Assembly: GCF_003334785.1 (NCBI RefSeq)
Contig: NZ_QOWV01000002.1
DNA: 64,000 nt
Strand: one strand, 5' to 3'
Source of the DNA: Escherichia coli
GTDB lineage: Bacteria > Pseudomonadota > Gammaproteobacteria > Enterobacterales > Enterobacteriaceae
Positions 14,284 through 26,328 of the stretch are shown one piece after another; positions within the stretch are counted from its first letter, which is position 1, and every line of letters begins with the position of its first letter. The position numbers were made by a program, and so were the translations under genes. Under the pieces are notes generated by a model. The model had not been told where the DNA came from. It worked only from the letters and a program-made list of their open reading frames with translations, and ran no database searches.

Positions 14284-15345
14284 ATGCTCGAAATGTTGAT
14301 GCAATGGTATCGCCGCCGTTTTAGCGACCCGGAAGCGATTGCCTTGCTGGTTATTTTAGTTGCCGGATTTGGCATTATCTTTTTCTTTAGTGGCCTGCTT
14401 GCTCCGTTGCTGGTGGCTATTGTGCTGGCCTATTTGCTGGAATGGCCAACCGTGCGTCTGCAATCTATTGGCTGCTCCCGCCGCTGGGCGACGTCGATTG
14501 TATTGGTGGTTTTCGTCGGTATATTGCTACTGATGGCGTTCGTGGTACTGCCTATCGCCTGGCAACAGGGCATCTACTTAATCCGCGATATGCCGGGGAT
14601 GCTCAATAAGCTTTCTGACTTTGCCGCCACGTTGCCGCGCCGCTATCCGGCGTTAATGGACGCGGGCATTATTGATGCAATGGCCGAAAATATGCGCAGT
14701 CGGATGCTGACCATGGGCGATTCGGTGGTGAAAATTTCCCTCGCCTCGCTGGTCGGTTTGCTGACCATAGCCGTCTATCTGGTGCTGGTGCCATTGATGG
14801 TCTTCTTCCTGCTGAAAGACAAAGAGCAGATGCTGAACGCCGTTCGCCGGGTGCTGCCGCGTAACCGTGGGCTGGCAGGACAGGTGTGGAAGGAGATGAA
14901 TCAACAAATCACCAACTATATCCGCGGCAAAGTGCTGGAGATGATCGTGGTGGGGATCGCCACCTGGCTGGGGTTCTTGCTCTTCGGGCTGAACTATTCG
15001 CTGCTGCTGGCAGTGCTGGTCGGCTTCTCGGTTCTTATTCCGTACATTGGCGCATTTGTGGTGACCATTCCGGTGGTTGGCGTGGCGCTATTCCAGTTTG
15101 GCGCAGGTACTGAATTCTGGAGCTGCTTCGCGGTGTATCTGATTATTCAGGCGCTGGACGGCAACCTGTTAGTGCCGGTGTTGTTCTCCGAAGCGGTTAA
15201 CCTGCATCCGCTGGTGATTATTTTATCGGTGGTGATCTTCGGTGGTTTGTGGGGATTCTGGGGCGTATTCTTCGCCATTCCGTTGGCGACGCTGATCAAA
15301 GCCGTGATTCATGCCTGGCCCGATGGGCAAATCGCGCAAGAATAA
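14284..15345 (+). CDS. perM: AI-2E/PerM-family permease (YfgO)
   Basis: 353 aa polytopic membrane protein with the conserved C-terminal motif typical of the family. Confidence 0.85.
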   Translation: MLEMLMQWYRRRFSDPEAIALLVILVAGFGIIFFFSGLLAPLLVAIVLAYLLEWPTVRLQSIGCSRRWATSIVLVVFVGILLLMAFVVLPIAWQQGIYLIRDMPGMLNKLSDFAATLPRRYPALMDAGIIDAMAENMRSRMLTMGDSVVKISLASLVGLLTIAVYLVLVPLMVFFLLKDKEQMLNAVRRVLPRNRGLAGQVWKEMNQQITNYIRGKVLEMIVVGIATWLGFLLFGLNYSLLLAVLVGFSVLIPYIGAFVVTIPVVGVALFQFGAGTEFWSCFAVYLIIQALDGNLLVPVLFSEAVNLHPLVIILSVVIFGGLWGFWGVFFAIPLATLIKAVIHAWPDGQIAQE

Positions 15346-15349
15346 TCTT

Positions 15350-15384
15350 CAGCCCGACGAACTGTTTCGCCGGGCTGATTTTTC
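15350..15384 (+). terminator. Hairpin plus T-run after perM in the perM/focB convergent spacer
   Basis: AGCCCG ... CGGGCT stem followed by GATTTTT. Confidence 0.5.
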
Positions 15385-16231
15385 AGGGTTCCTGACGTAA
15401 ATAAATAGCCCGATAACACATACTCACCAGCACCGCACCGCCGATAATATTACCCAGCATCACCGGGAGCAGATTGGCGGTAATAAAATGGCTGACCGTC
15501 AGTGCCGGAAAATTGTCTGCGCTACTGTGCGCCAGCTGCCAGAAGGGGGGAGGGGCGAAATGGCGAATGGCAATGGCGAACGGAATCACAAACAAATTGG
15601 CGATACAGTGCTCAAAGCCACTGGCGACAAACAGGGTGATGGGCAAAACCATGGCGACGATTTTGTCGCATAACGAACGCCCGCAATAACTCATCCACAG
15701 CGCCAGGCAAACCATCAGATTGCACATAATGCCGAGGCTGACAGATTCAGTAAATGTATGATGCATTTTGCCCTCGGCGCAGTGTAAAACCGCGACTCCC
15801 CACATCGCGTTTTCACTCATCACCAGCCCGGAAAACCAGATTAACAAACTGAAACAGGCAATACCTGCCAGATTACCGCAGGCCACCAGAAGTGCGTTAA
15901 TCAGCCAAGTTCGCCAACTAATAACGCCCCGACTTTTTGCCATCACCGTCATTACCGACGAGGTGAACAGGCTGGTGCCGCAAACCGCCAGCAAAATAAA
16001 GCCGAGTGTAAAGCAAAGGCCGCCCACCAGATGGGTTAATGCCTGTGAAGACGGGGCATCGGCGATAACGGAAAGGTAAAAAGTAAATCCGATCGCCATA
16101 AACACGCCAGCGGACATCGCCATTAAAAAGACCGACACTTTACTGCGGGCAATTTTATGGGCGGCAATCCGTTCAGCGATTGCCGCTTTTCTGGCGCTCA
16201 ACTGCAAGTCGAAAGAGAGTTTGTTTCTCAT
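15383..16231 (-). CDS. focB: Formate channel FocB (FNT family), last gene of the hyf operon
   Basis: 282 aa formate/nitrite-transporter-family membrane protein immediately downstream of hyfR. Confidence 0.9.
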   Translation of the reverse strand: MRNKLSFDLQLSARKAAIAERIAAHKIARSKVSVFLMAMSAGVFMAIGFTFYLSVIADAPSSQALTHLVGGLCFTLGFILLAVCGTSLFTSSVMTVMAKSRGVISWRTWLINALLVACGNLAGIACFSLLIWFSGLVMSENAMWGVAVLHCAEGKMHHTFTESVSLGIMCNLMVCLALWMSYCGRSLCDKIVAMVLPITLFVASGFEHCIANLFVIPFAIAIRHFAPPPFWQLAHSSADNFPALTVSHFITANLLPVMLGNIIGGAVLVSMCYRAIYLRQEP

Positions 16232-16252
16232 GCATACTCCTGCAAAAGCAGA

Positions 16253-18265
16253 TTACAACACCTCGCGAACCGAGATCCCCAGCCGCTGCATTCGTGACAG
16301 CAGCGTGGTGCGCTTCATCCCTAATCGCGTCGCTGCGCCACGGGGCCCGGCAACAATGCCATTGGTTTCTCGCAATACCTGAACAATGCGCTGACGTTCT
16401 TCTTCGTCATTCTCTGGCGTCGTCGGGTGCAGTAACTGCGCCATTGAACTGCGAAGCGCTGAATCTTCATTTAGCGTCGGCAGTAAACGGCTTTGTCGGA
16501 CATTTAGATGTAAATTCAGACTGTTACCACGAGTCAACAGTACCGCCCGCTCAATCACGTTTTCCAGCTCGCGCACGTTGCCCGGCCAATCCCACGACAT
16601 CAACTGGCGTAGTGCCTCGGTCGGGATGGCGTCAATTGCGCGATTCATATGGCGCGCCATTTTTTGCGTGAAATGTTTTGCTAAAAGAGGGATATCTTCC
16701 GGACGGTCGCGTAGCGGCGGCAATTCCAGTGGGAAGACATTCAGGCGATAAAAGAGATCGCTGCGAAACTGGCGATCTTCAACCATTTGCCACAAATCAC
16801 GGTTGGTGGCGGCAATGACTCTGACATTCACCGGGATCGTTCTACTCCCGCCGAGACGCTCAATCTCCCGCTCCTGCAATACGCGCAGCAGTTTAGGCTG
16901 AAGTTCTAACGGCAGATCGCCAATTTCATCGAGAAACAACGTGCCGCCATCGGCAATTTCAAAACGACCACGATGGGTATTAATCGCACCAGTAAACGCC
17001 CCTTTGTCATGACCGAATAACTCACTTTCCAGAAGACTGGCGGGGATGGCAGCGCAGTTGATTTTGACCAGCGGCTTGTCGCGTCGCGGGCTAAGTTGAT
17101 GGATCGCTCTGGCGATCACCTCTTTGCCAGTTCCGGTTTCACCACAAATCAACACCGTACTGTCGCTCTTCGCCACAATATCTACCTGCTGGAGCAGGTC
17201 TTCCATTGCCTGGCTTTGATAGATAATGTCACCGATGCCCAGATTCGAAAGGAGCTGCTCGCTAAGCTGGTGGTTTTCTTGCTGCAAACTTTCCTGCAAA
17301 TCGGTCATGCTACGCCAGGCATCGGCATTGCCAACGGCAATAGCGATGCGATCGGCTATGTGTTGTAGTAGCTGGCAGTTTTCCTCACTAAAGAGAGTGG
17401 AAGAGGTATGCGCCAGCAACAATGCACCCGGTGTATGGTTGCCAAAGGTAAGCGGTATAAGGAGCGCAGATTCGCAGCCGTTAGATGCAAGTAAGAGTAA
17501 TAACGGGTCGCGTTGCCAGAGAAACAGATCATCTGCACGGTGCGTCAAGGTCGGTTGTCGGGTTTGTAGCGTTTGTGTCAGCAATACACTTTCGCCAGGC
17601 ATACAGCGTGGCAGACACGCACAATGTGAGGCAGAAAGATCGCTGCACCACAGGCTGAACTTCTCGTTCTTTCGATGATCGCCCAGTACCATACTGACTG
17701 AAGCCAGACCGAAAAAATGATGGATCTCACGAGCGACGTCAGCGATCAGATCGTCGAGATCAAGATGTGACAGCACTGCATTAGTAATATCAACCAGTAC
17801 CCGATGATGATCGCGATCTTTCTCCAGCAAACGCAGCGCCACCTGCTGTTCTTCATCATTGAGCCATGATTGCAGAACCGGGGTGATTATCCGCGCCAGC
17901 CAGTTAAACAGTGTGCAATCCTGGGAAGTAAAACGACTGCCGTGGGTGCGAATAAAGCGTAGCTCCGCCATTCCACTACTGCCGAGAAGGACGGCGTGAC
18001 GCGAATAATCGACCATCTCGCCCTGATACTCTGTTGTTGCCGTCACATCGCTGCCATCATCATGGTAGCGGTAATAGAAGTTGCTTTTGAGAACATGCAG
18101 TTCAATAAGTTGTACCGGGCTGAACGGCGGCGGCAGCGGGATGAAGGCGCGTAATAAAGACGCCTTGCCGTGTTTCTGTGCTAACCGCTCCGCGAGCATT
18201 CCGTTTACCGCTTCAATTGTTATTCCTTGTGGCGGGGCAAACATCGCCTCGTCTGACATAGCCAT
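16253..18265 (-). CDS. hyfR: Sigma-54-dependent transcriptional activator HyfR (FhlA paralogue)
   Basis: AAA+ sigma-54 interaction domain (GETGTGKE Walker A, GAFTGA motif in [15 protein letters not shown]), N-terminal GAF-like region, C-terminal HTH. Confidence 0.9.
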   Translation of the reverse strand: MAMSDEAMFAPPQGITIEAVNGMLAERLAQKHGKASLLRAFIPLPPPFSPVQLIELHVLKSNFYYRYHDDGSDVTATTEYQGEMVDYSRHAVLLGSSGMAELRFIRTHGSRFTSQDCTLFNWLARIITPVLQSWLNDEEQQVALRLLEKDRDHHRVLVDITNAVLSHLDLDDLIADVAREIHHFFGLASVSMVLGDHRKNEKFSLWCSDLSASHCACLPRCMPGESVLLTQTLQTRQPTLTHRADDLFLWQRDPLLLLLASNGCESALLIPLTFGNHTPGALLLAHTSSTLFSEENCQLLQHIADRIAIAVGNADAWRSMTDLQESLQQENHQLSEQLLSNLGIGDIIYQSQAMEDLLQQVDIVAKSDSTVLICGETGTGKEVIARAIHQLSPRRDKPLVKINCAAIPASLLESELFGHDKGAFTGAINTHRGRFEIADGGTLFLDEIGDLPLELQPKLLRVLQEREIERLGGSRTIPVNVRVIAATNRDLWQMVEDRQFRSDLFYRLNVFPLELPPLRDRPEDIPLLAKHFTQKMARHMNRAIDAIPTEALRQLMSWDWPGNVRELENVIERAVLLTRGNSLNLHLNVRQSRLLPTLNEDSALRSSMAQLLHPTTPENDEEERQRIVQVLRETNGIVAGPRGAATRLGMKRTTLLSRMQRLGISVREVL

Positions 18266-18294
18266 CAACAGTCCTTATTAATGAGAAATCCTTC

Positions 18295-18708
18295 TCACGC
18301 AATTTTTCTGGCCATCAGATAGATGGCCGGTTCCTGCACAATTTCATCCAACAGATGAATGAATTGAATGCTACGCGCCTGCCACACAGACGTCGCGTCA
18401 TCCGCCAGTGGCGCGAATGCCCGGGTCAACAGGGCGGTGTGGCTGGCGTCAATAACAATCTCACCAAAAGTCATCACCCCCAGCATCTTACGTCGGGCTT
18501 GCTCCTCTTCGACCAGTGCAAGCCAATCTTCGTATTCCGTCAGTGGGCAGCGGAAGGCGACATTCAGACAATCAATCACGCCAACGTGATGGCCGATAGC
18601 TAGCGAGTAATACATTACCTGAGAGCTGTGTTCCGGCATCTCGTCGCTACTGGCGACAAACTTTTTTCGCAGCGTCCAGAAAACAATTTCCCCGCACTCT
18701 TCAGTCAT
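18295..18708 (-). CDS. hyfJ: Hydrogenase-4 maturation/assembly protein HyfJ (HycH-like)
   Basis: 137 aa from [17 protein letters not shown]; the ORF track is extended by 21 codons. Confidence 0.8.
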
Positions 18709-19459
18709 GTAACCCCCGGAGTACGCGAAAGAGTTGCTGAACGATACTATTGAGACGTGGATCGTCGGCATCGCGCAACCAGGTGTTAACCCGATTTCCT
18801 GTAGGATCGTCGCTTAAATGGCGCAGGAGCCGATCGCAAATTTCTCGCCCCTGACGATAGCCCGCCAGCCGCCGCGCTTCTCGCTCAATGGCGATACGCT
18901 GTGATGGCGGGATCTGCGGCCACAACGGTTGCATAGTCACCCCGGTGGGATCGCGATAATCCACAGCGTGAATCTTCTGTTGCAGCAAACCGAGCGCCAC
19001 GGCGAAACCGTGAATGGTGGCGGCCGGTGTTGGCGGGCAGCCGGGGATCCAAACATCAATGGGGACAATGGTGTCGCTACCGCCCCAGACGCTGTAGAGA
19101 TCGTGGAAAATACCGCCGCCGACACCGCACGCGCCGTAGGAAACACAAATTTTATGATCGGGGGCAGACTCATACGCCCGAAGTGCAGGCATACGCATCG
19201 CCCGGGTGACTGCGCCAGTAAATAACAAAATATCGGCGTGACGCGGTGATGAAACAACCTTAATGCCAAAACGTTCTGCGTCGAATACTGGTGTAATGGC
19301 AGCAAAAATTTCGATTTCACAGGCGTTGCAGCCGCCGCAATCGACGCGATAAACGTAAGCCGAGCGACGGATATCCTGTAGCAAATGCCGCTTCATCTTT
19401 TGCGTTTGCTCGTCCAGCGTGATGGGCTGGCTGACATGTTGTGTAAGCACTGGACTCAT
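18701..19459 (-). CDS. hyfI: Hydrogenase-4 small subunit HyfI (NuoB-like)
   Basis: 252 aa; NuoB-type Cys pattern ([16 protein letters not shown]). Confidence 0.9.
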
Positions 19460-20001
19460 AGCTGCTCCTTAGCCACCAGCAGTACATCTGTATCGTCGTT
19501 GATCAGCGTCGCGCGTTGTTTGCATTCCGGGCAGACGCTCGCTTGCGCCCACAACATTTCGCGGTTTTGTGGCGCATTTTGTTGCTGTGCTAACAATTCA
19601 GCAGCCAGTGCGATGGTTTTTTGCGGGGCAAACGGGCGTTCGCAACGGCTGCAACGTTGTAGATGGAACGTCGCGCGGGTATAGAGATCGGCTTTATTGG
19701 TGACGGTCAGTTCAAAGTTATTGGTAAGCTGGATGGCTCTGGTCGGGCACACTTCTTCACAACGTCCGCAGTAAATACAACGCCCCAGATAGAGCTGCCA
19801 GGTGCGCGAATTTTGCTGGTCGTCGGTCTGGATAGTCAGCGCATTTGCCGGACAAGCACAGGCGCAGGCACCGCAGGCAATACATTGGCTGGGCATCAGG
19901 TCCGGTTTTCCGCGAAAGCCAGGGCTGACCTCCAGTGGCGCGAAGGGATATTTCACCGTCGCGGTTCCGGCGCGCATAATAGTTTTCAGTAACTTCAGCA
20001 T
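19456..20001 (-). CDS. hyfH: Hydrogenase-4 2x[4Fe-4S] ferredoxin subunit HyfH
   Basis: 181 aa with CxxCxxCxxxCP motifs ([24 protein letters not shown]). Confidence 0.9.
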
Positions 20002-20010
20002 CTTCTGTCC

Positions 20011-21678
20011 TTACTTCAGCGGCGAACGGTTACGATCAATGCCGTAGCGTTCGATCTCTTTATACGGCACGGTTTTTGACTGGCGCTTGCGCACATCTAC
20101 CAGCGTCACACGGTCGGTACAGGAGTAGCAGGGATCAAGGCTACCGATAATCAGCGGTGCGTCAGAAACGGTATTGCCGCGCAGCATGTAACGCAACACC
20201 GGCCAGTTGGCGTAGGTGGCGGCACGGCAGCGCCAGCGGAACAATTTTTGGTTATCACCGAGCATGCTCCAGTGCACGTCTTCACCGCGTGGCGCTTCAA
20301 CAAAGCCCAGCGCGAATGCGTGAGGTTTATAGCTAAAGCCTTCGGTCAGCAGTGGGGTATCCGGCATGTTGTCGAGGGCAAATTCCAGCATTGCCAGCGA
20401 ATCAAACGTCTCTTTGACACGGACCATCACGCGGGAGAAAACATCGCCGCCGGTAAAGGTAAACAGTGTTTTTGGAATATTGCCGTAGTCGGCGTAGGGG
20501 TGATCAAAGCGCAAATCACGGGCGATTTGTCGGTCGAGAATGCCAATGCCCTGAGTGCGTTGTTCCATATTCGGCGTAGCAAGCAGCATCTCTACCAGCT
20601 CCGACACGTCGGCGCGCATCTCGCGCACCAGTTTCAGCGTTTGCAGACGTTGCTCTTTGAGAATATCGCGGCGAACACCACCAATCAGATTCAGACCGTA
20701 GGTTTTACGCGACCCGATCAGCAATTCCGCCATCGTCATCGACTTTTCCCGCACGCGGAAAAATTGCATAAAGCCGGTATCAAAACCAACGAAATGGCAG
20801 GAGAGGCCAAGGTTAAGCAAATGACTGTGTAGCCGTTCGACTTCCAGCAGAATCGAGCGAATAGTATGTGCTCGTTGCGGCACCTCAATCCCCAGTGCAT
20901 TTTCAACCGAATTGGTATAGGCCACACTGTGGGCAAAACCGCAAATCCCACACACGCGGTCCGATAAGAAGGTCACTTCGTTGTAGCCCATCCGCGTTTC
21001 TGCCAGTTTCTCCATGCCGCGATGGACATAAAACAGGCGGTAATCAGCATCGACAATTTGCTCGCCATCCACAAACAAGCGGAAGTGACCCGGTTCATCG
21101 GAGGTGATATGCAGCGGGCCGACAGGGATCACCCGCGCATCGCTGTTGCCCTCATTGATAAACGGATACGTTTCGGAATCAGTCGTCGGTTCAGGGCGCA
21201 GTCGATAATCCATCGCATCTTTGCGCAGCGGATGCATATCTTCCGGCCAGTCATCGGGCAACACCAGGCGACGCTGATCCGGCAGGCCAACCGGAATCAG
21301 CCCGTACATATCGCGAATTTCTCGCTCGCCCCAGACCGCGGCAGGGACGCGCGGTGTGACTGACGGAAACTCCCGACTGTCGGCATCGACCAGCGCCTTC
21401 ACCACAATCCAGCATTTTTCGGCCCCTTCCATTGAAAGGGCATAATAAACCGCGTAATGACCGTTAAGTGTCCGCTCGTCGTTGCCAAACAGGACCGGAA
21501 GCCAGCCATCATGTTGATAATAAAGATACTGTACAACGTCAGGCAGCAGATTGATTTTCACCGTAATGGTGACCTGTTCAGGCGTTTGTCGCTCTTCATC
21601 CAGCACCGCGCCGGGGAACTGCGTTTTCAGGGCGGCGAGAATCGCTTCGCCACGATTTGACGATGAATTAACGTTCAC
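20011..21678 (-). CDS. hyfG: Hydrogenase-4 [NiFe] large subunit HyfG (NuoD-like)
   Basis: N-terminal Ni-binding [11 protein letters not shown] and C-terminal DPCYSCTDR; start called at the GTG giving [14 protein letters not shown] (555 aa) with a GGAG RBS, overlapping the hyfF stop. Confidence 0.88.
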   Translation of the reverse strand: MNVNSSSNRGEAILAALKTQFPGAVLDEERQTPEQVTITVKINLLPDVVQYLYYQHDGWLPVLFGNDERTLNGHYAVYYALSMEGAEKCWIVVKALVDADSREFPSVTPRVPAAVWGEREIRDMYGLIPVGLPDQRRLVLPDDWPEDMHPLRKDAMDYRLRPEPTTDSETYPFINEGNSDARVIPVGPLHITSDEPGHFRLFVDGEQIVDADYRLFYVHRGMEKLAETRMGYNEVTFLSDRVCGICGFAHSVAYTNSVENALGIEVPQRAHTIRSILLEVERLHSHLLNLGLSCHFVGFDTGFMQFFRVREKSMTMAELLIGSRKTYGLNLIGGVRRDILKEQRLQTLKLVREMRADVSELVEMLLATPNMEQRTQGIGILDRQIARDLRFDHPYADYGNIPKTLFTFTGGDVFSRVMVRVKETFDSLAMLEFALDNMPDTPLLTEGFSYKPHAFALGFVEAPRGEDVHWSMLGDNQKLFRWRCRAATYANWPVLRYMLRGNTVSDAPLIIGSLDPCYSCTDRVTLVDVRKRQSKTVPYKEIERYGIDRNRSPLK

Positions 21679-23248
21679 TGTGTTTCTCCGAAACAGATGC
21701 GGTGCCTGAAGGCAAAAAATCATGCCAGGTGCTACGTTGTGCAGGCAGATCGTGCGTCCCTGAGAGGACTATAGTGGAAGCGCCCGCCAGGATCCTGATG
21801 ACAGGTTGTGGAATATGCGTTCCCATCGCCAGCATCATGACCAGCAGAATCACCATTGGCGAGGTGGTCAACCAGCCGAGATCACCCCGGTTAACGGCCT
21901 GCGGCGGTTTCGCCATTAACACCCGCGCAGCCATCCGTACCAGGCCCGCCAGCACCAGCGTTAACAGCAATAACAGCAGGACGATAATCAGCAGGTGATT
22001 ACGTGCCAGTCCGGCGGTAATGGTCATAAATTCGCTAAGAAAAATGTTGAAGGGCGGCATCCCTGCCAGCGCCAGCGCACCGCCGCCAAACAGCACGGCG
22101 GTAAATGGCATGATTTTGAGCATCCCACAGACGACGTTGAGATCGCGCGTGCCGTACTTGAGCAGTACATTGCCGGAACCGCAGAACAGCAGCGTTTTTG
22201 CCAGACTGTGGTTTAAGATGTGCAGCAGCGCGGCAAAAATTCCCAGCGGCCCGCCAATGCCTAGCTCCACCGCGACCAGCCCCATGTTCTCCACGCTGGA
22301 GTACGCCAGCAGACGCTTAATGTCCCGCTGTACCAGAATGAAAAATGCCGCCACGGCAACCGACAACATGCCGAAGATGAGCAACAACCGGTTGGGGAAA
22401 TCGCTGCCGATGGCTTGGCAAATAATGATGTAATAGCGAATCAGCACCAACAGCGCGCAGTTCAGCAATACGGCGGAGAGCAGGGCGCTGACCGGACTCG
22501 GCGCTTCACTGTGAGCATCCGGCAGCCAGGCGTGCATGGGAAATAGCCCGGTTTTGGTACCAAAGCCAATTAGCAAAAACACAAAGGCCAACAGCATTAA
22601 TGTTGGGTCAAGCAAGGACGATTGCTTAAGAACCTCGCTCCAGAATATCGCCATTTCTGCCTGCGGCATAACGCTGGCGGCGTTGGCGTATACCAGCACG
22701 GTACCGAACAGACCAAAAGCGACACCAACAGTACAAATAATGATGTACTTCCATGCAGCTTCCAGCGATGAACGCTGACCGTAAATGCCTACCAGAAACG
22801 CCGAGCTTAAGGTGGTGGCTTCGATCGCCGCCCACATCACAATCAGGTTATTGCTGGTAACAACCAGCAGCATGGTGAACAAAAACAGATGGAAGAAACC
22901 GTAGTAATCGCACAGCGTAACGGGTGAAAGCTCGCCGTGTGCCACTTCATGACGCATGTAGCCAATCGAGTAAATACCGGTGAGAAAGCCAATCACACCA
23001 AGAATGGCGAGGAACAAACCGCCCAGACCATCAATATGAAGCCACAGTCCCGCAGCGAATATTTCTCCTGCATCAGCGGCAGTTTGGACCACCCAGAGTG
23101 CCAGAATCAGCAGCAGTATGATCCCTAAGCTATGTAATACGGTCACCGTGCGAGTCGCAGAAAGTCTCCGTTTCCGGCAGGCAAAACAGAGCAGCGAAAA
23201 AAGCAGCGGCGTGAGCAGGAGTAAAGCGAACATCACAGAATAACTCAT
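21668..23248 (-). CDS. hyfF: Hydrogenase-4 membrane subunit HyfF (NuoL/M/N antiporter-like)
   Basis: 526 aa polytopic membrane protein of the complex I antiporter family. Confidence 0.9.
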   Translation of the reverse strand: MSYSVMFALLLLTPLLFSLLCFACRKRRLSATRTVTVLHSLGIILLLILALWVVQTAADAGEIFAAGLWLHIDGLGGLFLAILGVIGFLTGIYSIGYMRHEVAHGELSPVTLCDYYGFFHLFLFTMLLVVTSNNLIVMWAAIEATTLSSAFLVGIYGQRSSLEAAWKYIIICTVGVAFGLFGTVLVYANAASVMPQAEMAIFWSEVLKQSSLLDPTLMLLAFVFLLIGFGTKTGLFPMHAWLPDAHSEAPSPVSALLSAVLLNCALLVLIRYYIIICQAIGSDFPNRLLLIFGMLSVAVAAFFILVQRDIKRLLAYSSVENMGLVAVELGIGGPLGIFAALLHILNHSLAKTLLFCGSGNVLLKYGTRDLNVVCGMLKIMPFTAVLFGGGALALAGMPPFNIFLSEFMTITAGLARNHLLIIVLLLLLLTLVLAGLVRMAARVLMAKPPQAVNRGDLGWLTTSPMVILLVMMLAMGTHIPQPVIRILAGASTIVLSGTHDLPAQRSTWHDFLPSGTASVSEKHSER

Positions 23249-23252
23249 CTCA

Positions 23253-23903
23253 TTATCCCTTCAGCGCGGTCAAGTTGTTCACGTCCAGCGTGCCGTGGGT
23301 ACGCCATATTTTTCTTGCCAGTAACACCATCACAATGACGGCGAAGATGGCGTCGGTAGCGATACCTATTTCCACCAGTTCCGGTGCTCGCCAGGCAAGA
23401 AGCGCCAGCACCAGATGGGAGCCGTTTTCCATCAGGCAGTAACCAAAAATTTGCCGCAGGATATTGCGCTGGCTGACAATGCACAGCAGGCCAAGCAGAA
23501 AATGACCTAACGCTACCGCCAGCGCCGGTTTCAGCCCGGTAGCCATCGGTAGCTTCACGGGCTGAACGACAAATGCGCAAAGCAGGACAATTAACGCCGC
23601 GAGCAGTGCCATCATTGCCGGACCGAATAACGCTTTTTCCGGGATGTTCTGGGGAATATTTCGTGCAGCGTAAGTCATGATTAACGGTACCAGCAGCACT
23701 TTGGTGATAAAGGCGCTGGCGGACCAGATCAGCAGTTGCTCTGCGGCGAACAGGCACGAGAGAGTGGCGAAAATAGACACCAGCACCAGTGACTGGCAGG
23801 CGTAAAATCCGCATGACAGGCGATAGCTTTTGACGCTAATCACAAACAGCGATGTCAGCATCATCAGTCCCGCCAGATTATTTACGATCATAGAACCGGT
23901 CAT
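23253..23903 (-). CDS. hyfE: Hydrogenase-4 membrane subunit HyfE
   Basis: 216 aa hydrophobic protein between hyfD and hyfF. Confidence 0.85.
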   Translation of the reverse strand: MTGSMIVNNLAGLMMLTSLFVISVKSYRLSCGFYACQSLVLVSIFATLSCLFAAEQLLIWSASAFITKVLLVPLIMTYAARNIPQNIPEKALFGPAMMALLAALIVLLCAFVVQPVKLPMATGLKPALAVALGHFLLGLLCIVSQRNILRQIFGYCLMENGSHLVLALLAWRAPELVEIGIATDAIFAVIVMVLLARKIWRTHGTLDVNNLTALKG

Positions 23904-23914
23904 TCATCATCTCC

Positions 23915-25354
23915 TTACTGCAACCAGGTCGCGGCGATTACGCTGGAAATCAGCGACATCACAATCAGTACAATCAACACCAGGCGCATTGATCCTGGCA
24001 GCGGTGCGGCATCGGCGACGGCCTCGCTCGGTTTGCCAGGCACAACGCGACCAAACCAGCGAATAAACCAGGCGAAACTGGCGACCGATTCAATCATCAG
24101 AAGAATCATGGCGGGCAGCAGGATCCAGTACTCCACTGACAACGCAAAACCGGCAGCAAACAGCGGGAATTTACTGAAGAAGCCGTTGAACGGCGGCACG
24201 CCGGTAATCGCCAGCGCTGCCACGCAGAAACCCACGCCTGGCAACGGCAGGGTGTGCAATACGCCACGCAGACGCGGCAACAAGCGCGTGCCGCAGCTGT
24301 AACTCAGCGCACCTGCTACAAGGAAAAACAGGCTTTTAGCGAACGCGTGGTTGACGATGTAGGCGATGCTGCCCTCCAGCGCCAGCCGCGAGCCGAAGAT
24401 GGAGAGCGACAAGCCGAAGAACATCCAGCCAAGTTGAGTGATGGTCGACCAGGCTAGCAACCGCTTCATATCCTGCTGTGGCAAATACATCAGAAAGCCA
24501 TAAAGAATGGTGACCAGTGCCATGACCATGCCAACGCCGCCAATCACATGCGGGATATTGCCGCCGTCGATAATAGCGCGGGCAAAAATGTAAACGCCCA
24601 CTTTCACCATCGATGCGGCGTGGAGATAGGCGCTGATCGGTGTTGGCGCTTCCATTGCGTCCGGTAGCCACGCTTGCATCGGTAGCTGGGCCGATTTCCC
24701 CCACGCGGCAAACAGGATGCCGCCATAAACCAGATAACGTGCGTCGCCGTGTAACTCGCTCATCGCGCTAAGCGCAAACGTTCCGGTCTGCAAAAACAGC
24801 GTGGCGGCGGCAAGATACAACCCCAACGAGCCGATATGAGTGATAAGTAACGCTTTTAGTGCTGAACGCTGCGCTTTATCGCTCTGGTAATAACTGATCA
24901 ACGCCCAGGAGCAGCCGCCTGTAATTTCAAAAAACAACAACTGACCGAGCAGCGTCGAGGAGAGTACCAGTCCCGCCATCGCGCCGATAAACACCAGTAA
25001 AAATGCGTAATAACGATTCGTGCCGTTATGCGGGTGTTCGCGATTTTTATCCGTCAGATAACCCGTGGAGTAGATCGTGACCAGCAAACCGAGAAACACC
25101 ACCACAAACAGAATCAGCGTACTCACGCGATCAATGACCAGGCCAAACAACGCCACATCCCCCACGTTGACCAACGTCAACGTGACGGCAACTTTATCGG
25201 CCTGATAAAACGCGGAGATCAGTGACAACATGCACAGCGTGGTCAGCGCGGCGAACAAAACCCCCCATTCGGCGGCCCGACGTTGTGGCGAAAACGAAAC
25301 GACCAGTGCGCCGATAAAAGGCAGCAATAACGTCGTCAGAGCAAGATTTTCCAT
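23915..25354 (-). CDS. hyfD: Hydrogenase-4 membrane subunit HyfD (NuoL/M/N antiporter-like)
   Basis: 479 aa antiporter-like membrane protein. Confidence 0.9.
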   Translation of the reverse strand: MENLALTTLLLPFIGALVVSFSPQRRAAEWGVLFAALTTLCMLSLISAFYQADKVAVTLTLVNVGDVALFGLVIDRVSTLILFVVVFLGLLVTIYSTGYLTDKNREHPHNGTNRYYAFLLVFIGAMAGLVLSSTLLGQLLFFEITGGCSWALISYYQSDKAQRSALKALLITHIGSLGLYLAAATLFLQTGTFALSAMSELHGDARYLVYGGILFAAWGKSAQLPMQAWLPDAMEAPTPISAYLHAASMVKVGVYIFARAIIDGGNIPHVIGGVGMVMALVTILYGFLMYLPQQDMKRLLAWSTITQLGWMFFGLSLSIFGSRLALEGSIAYIVNHAFAKSLFFLVAGALSYSCGTRLLPRLRGVLHTLPLPGVGFCVAALAITGVPPFNGFFSKFPLFAAGFALSVEYWILLPAMILLMIESVASFAWFIRWFGRVVPGKPSEAVADAAPLPGSMRLVLIVLIVMSLISSVIAATWLQ

Positions 25355-25370
25355 ATTCCGTCAGTGCTCC

Positions 25371-26318
25371 TTACAGACCGGTTAACCAGAAGACCCATGC
25401 AAGCGCAGCAAGGCTGAAGCCAAGCCAGGTCACATGGTGAATGAGTAAAAAACGCCCGCGTGCCAGCGTGTTTTCTGCGATTGAGGCCAGTACAAAAATC
25501 AGCAAAACCTTGAGCAGCGTAACGACAAGTGAAGTCAGCAGGCAGGCGAGAGAAAGTTCTTGCGCGCGCCCAAAGGGTAGAAACAGGGCCACAAACAGTG
25601 ATGCCATCACGACCTGTTTCAGCCCCAGCCCCCATTTCGCTAGCGCCAGCCCGGCACCGGAATATTCGGTCAGCGGGCCTTCCTGTAATTCCTGTTCTGC
25701 TTCAGCAACATCAAAGGGAATTTTTCCCATCTCAATGAAGCAGGCAAAACCACAGGCCAGTAACGCCAGTACGGTGGTTAGCGGCGAGTTCCAGCCCATC
25801 GCCAGCGTATTGCTGATCATCTCGATATGCGTGGAACCTGCTATCAGCGCCAATACCAGCAGTGAGAGAATAAGCATTGGTTCGACCAGAATGCCGAGCG
25901 TCAACTCGCGACTGGCACCGACTCCCGCAAACGGACTTCCGGTATCCAGCCCGGAAAGAGCAAAGAAAAAACGAAACAGGGCAAGAAGATAGATAAGGGT
26001 GATCAGATCGCCGCCGCCCGCAAAAGGGGAAACGGTAATAAACAGTGGTAAGGCCATCGCCAGCACCAGCATGCTGCTGATTAATACCCACGGCATCAGG
26101 CGGAACATCAGACCTGAAGATGTCGGCGCAACTTCCTGGCGTTTAAACAGTTTGTGGATATCGCGATAATCCTGCCAGATCCCCGGCCCGCGGCGGGAGT
26201 GCATACGCGCGCGTATCTGCCGGGAAATACCCGTAAAAAGTGGGGTTAGCATCAGCAGAATCACGGCCTGTGCTAACGCAAAAATGACCAGATATCCGTC
26301 GCAAAGAGTTTGTCTCAT
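25371..26318 (-). CDS. hyfC: Hydrogenase-4 membrane subunit HyfC (NuoH-like)
   Basis: 315 aa from MRQTLCDGYLVIFALAQAV; NuoH-like membrane protein. Confidence 0.88.
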   Translation of the reverse strand: MRQTLCDGYLVIFALAQAVILLMLTPLFTGISRQIRARMHSRRGPGIWQDYRDIHKLFKRQEVAPTSSGLMFRLMPWVLISSMLVLAMALPLFITVSPFAGGGDLITLIYLLALFRFFFALSGLDTGSPFAGVGASRELTLGILVEPMLILSLLVLALIAGSTHIEMISNTLAMGWNSPLTTVLALLACGFACFIEMGKIPFDVAEAEQELQEGPLTEYSGAGLALAKWGLGLKQVVMASLFVALFLPFGRAQELSLACLLTSLVVTLLKVLLIFVLASIAENTLARGRFLLIHHVTWLGFSLAALAWVFWLTGL

Positions 26319-26328
26319 GGTGATTTCC

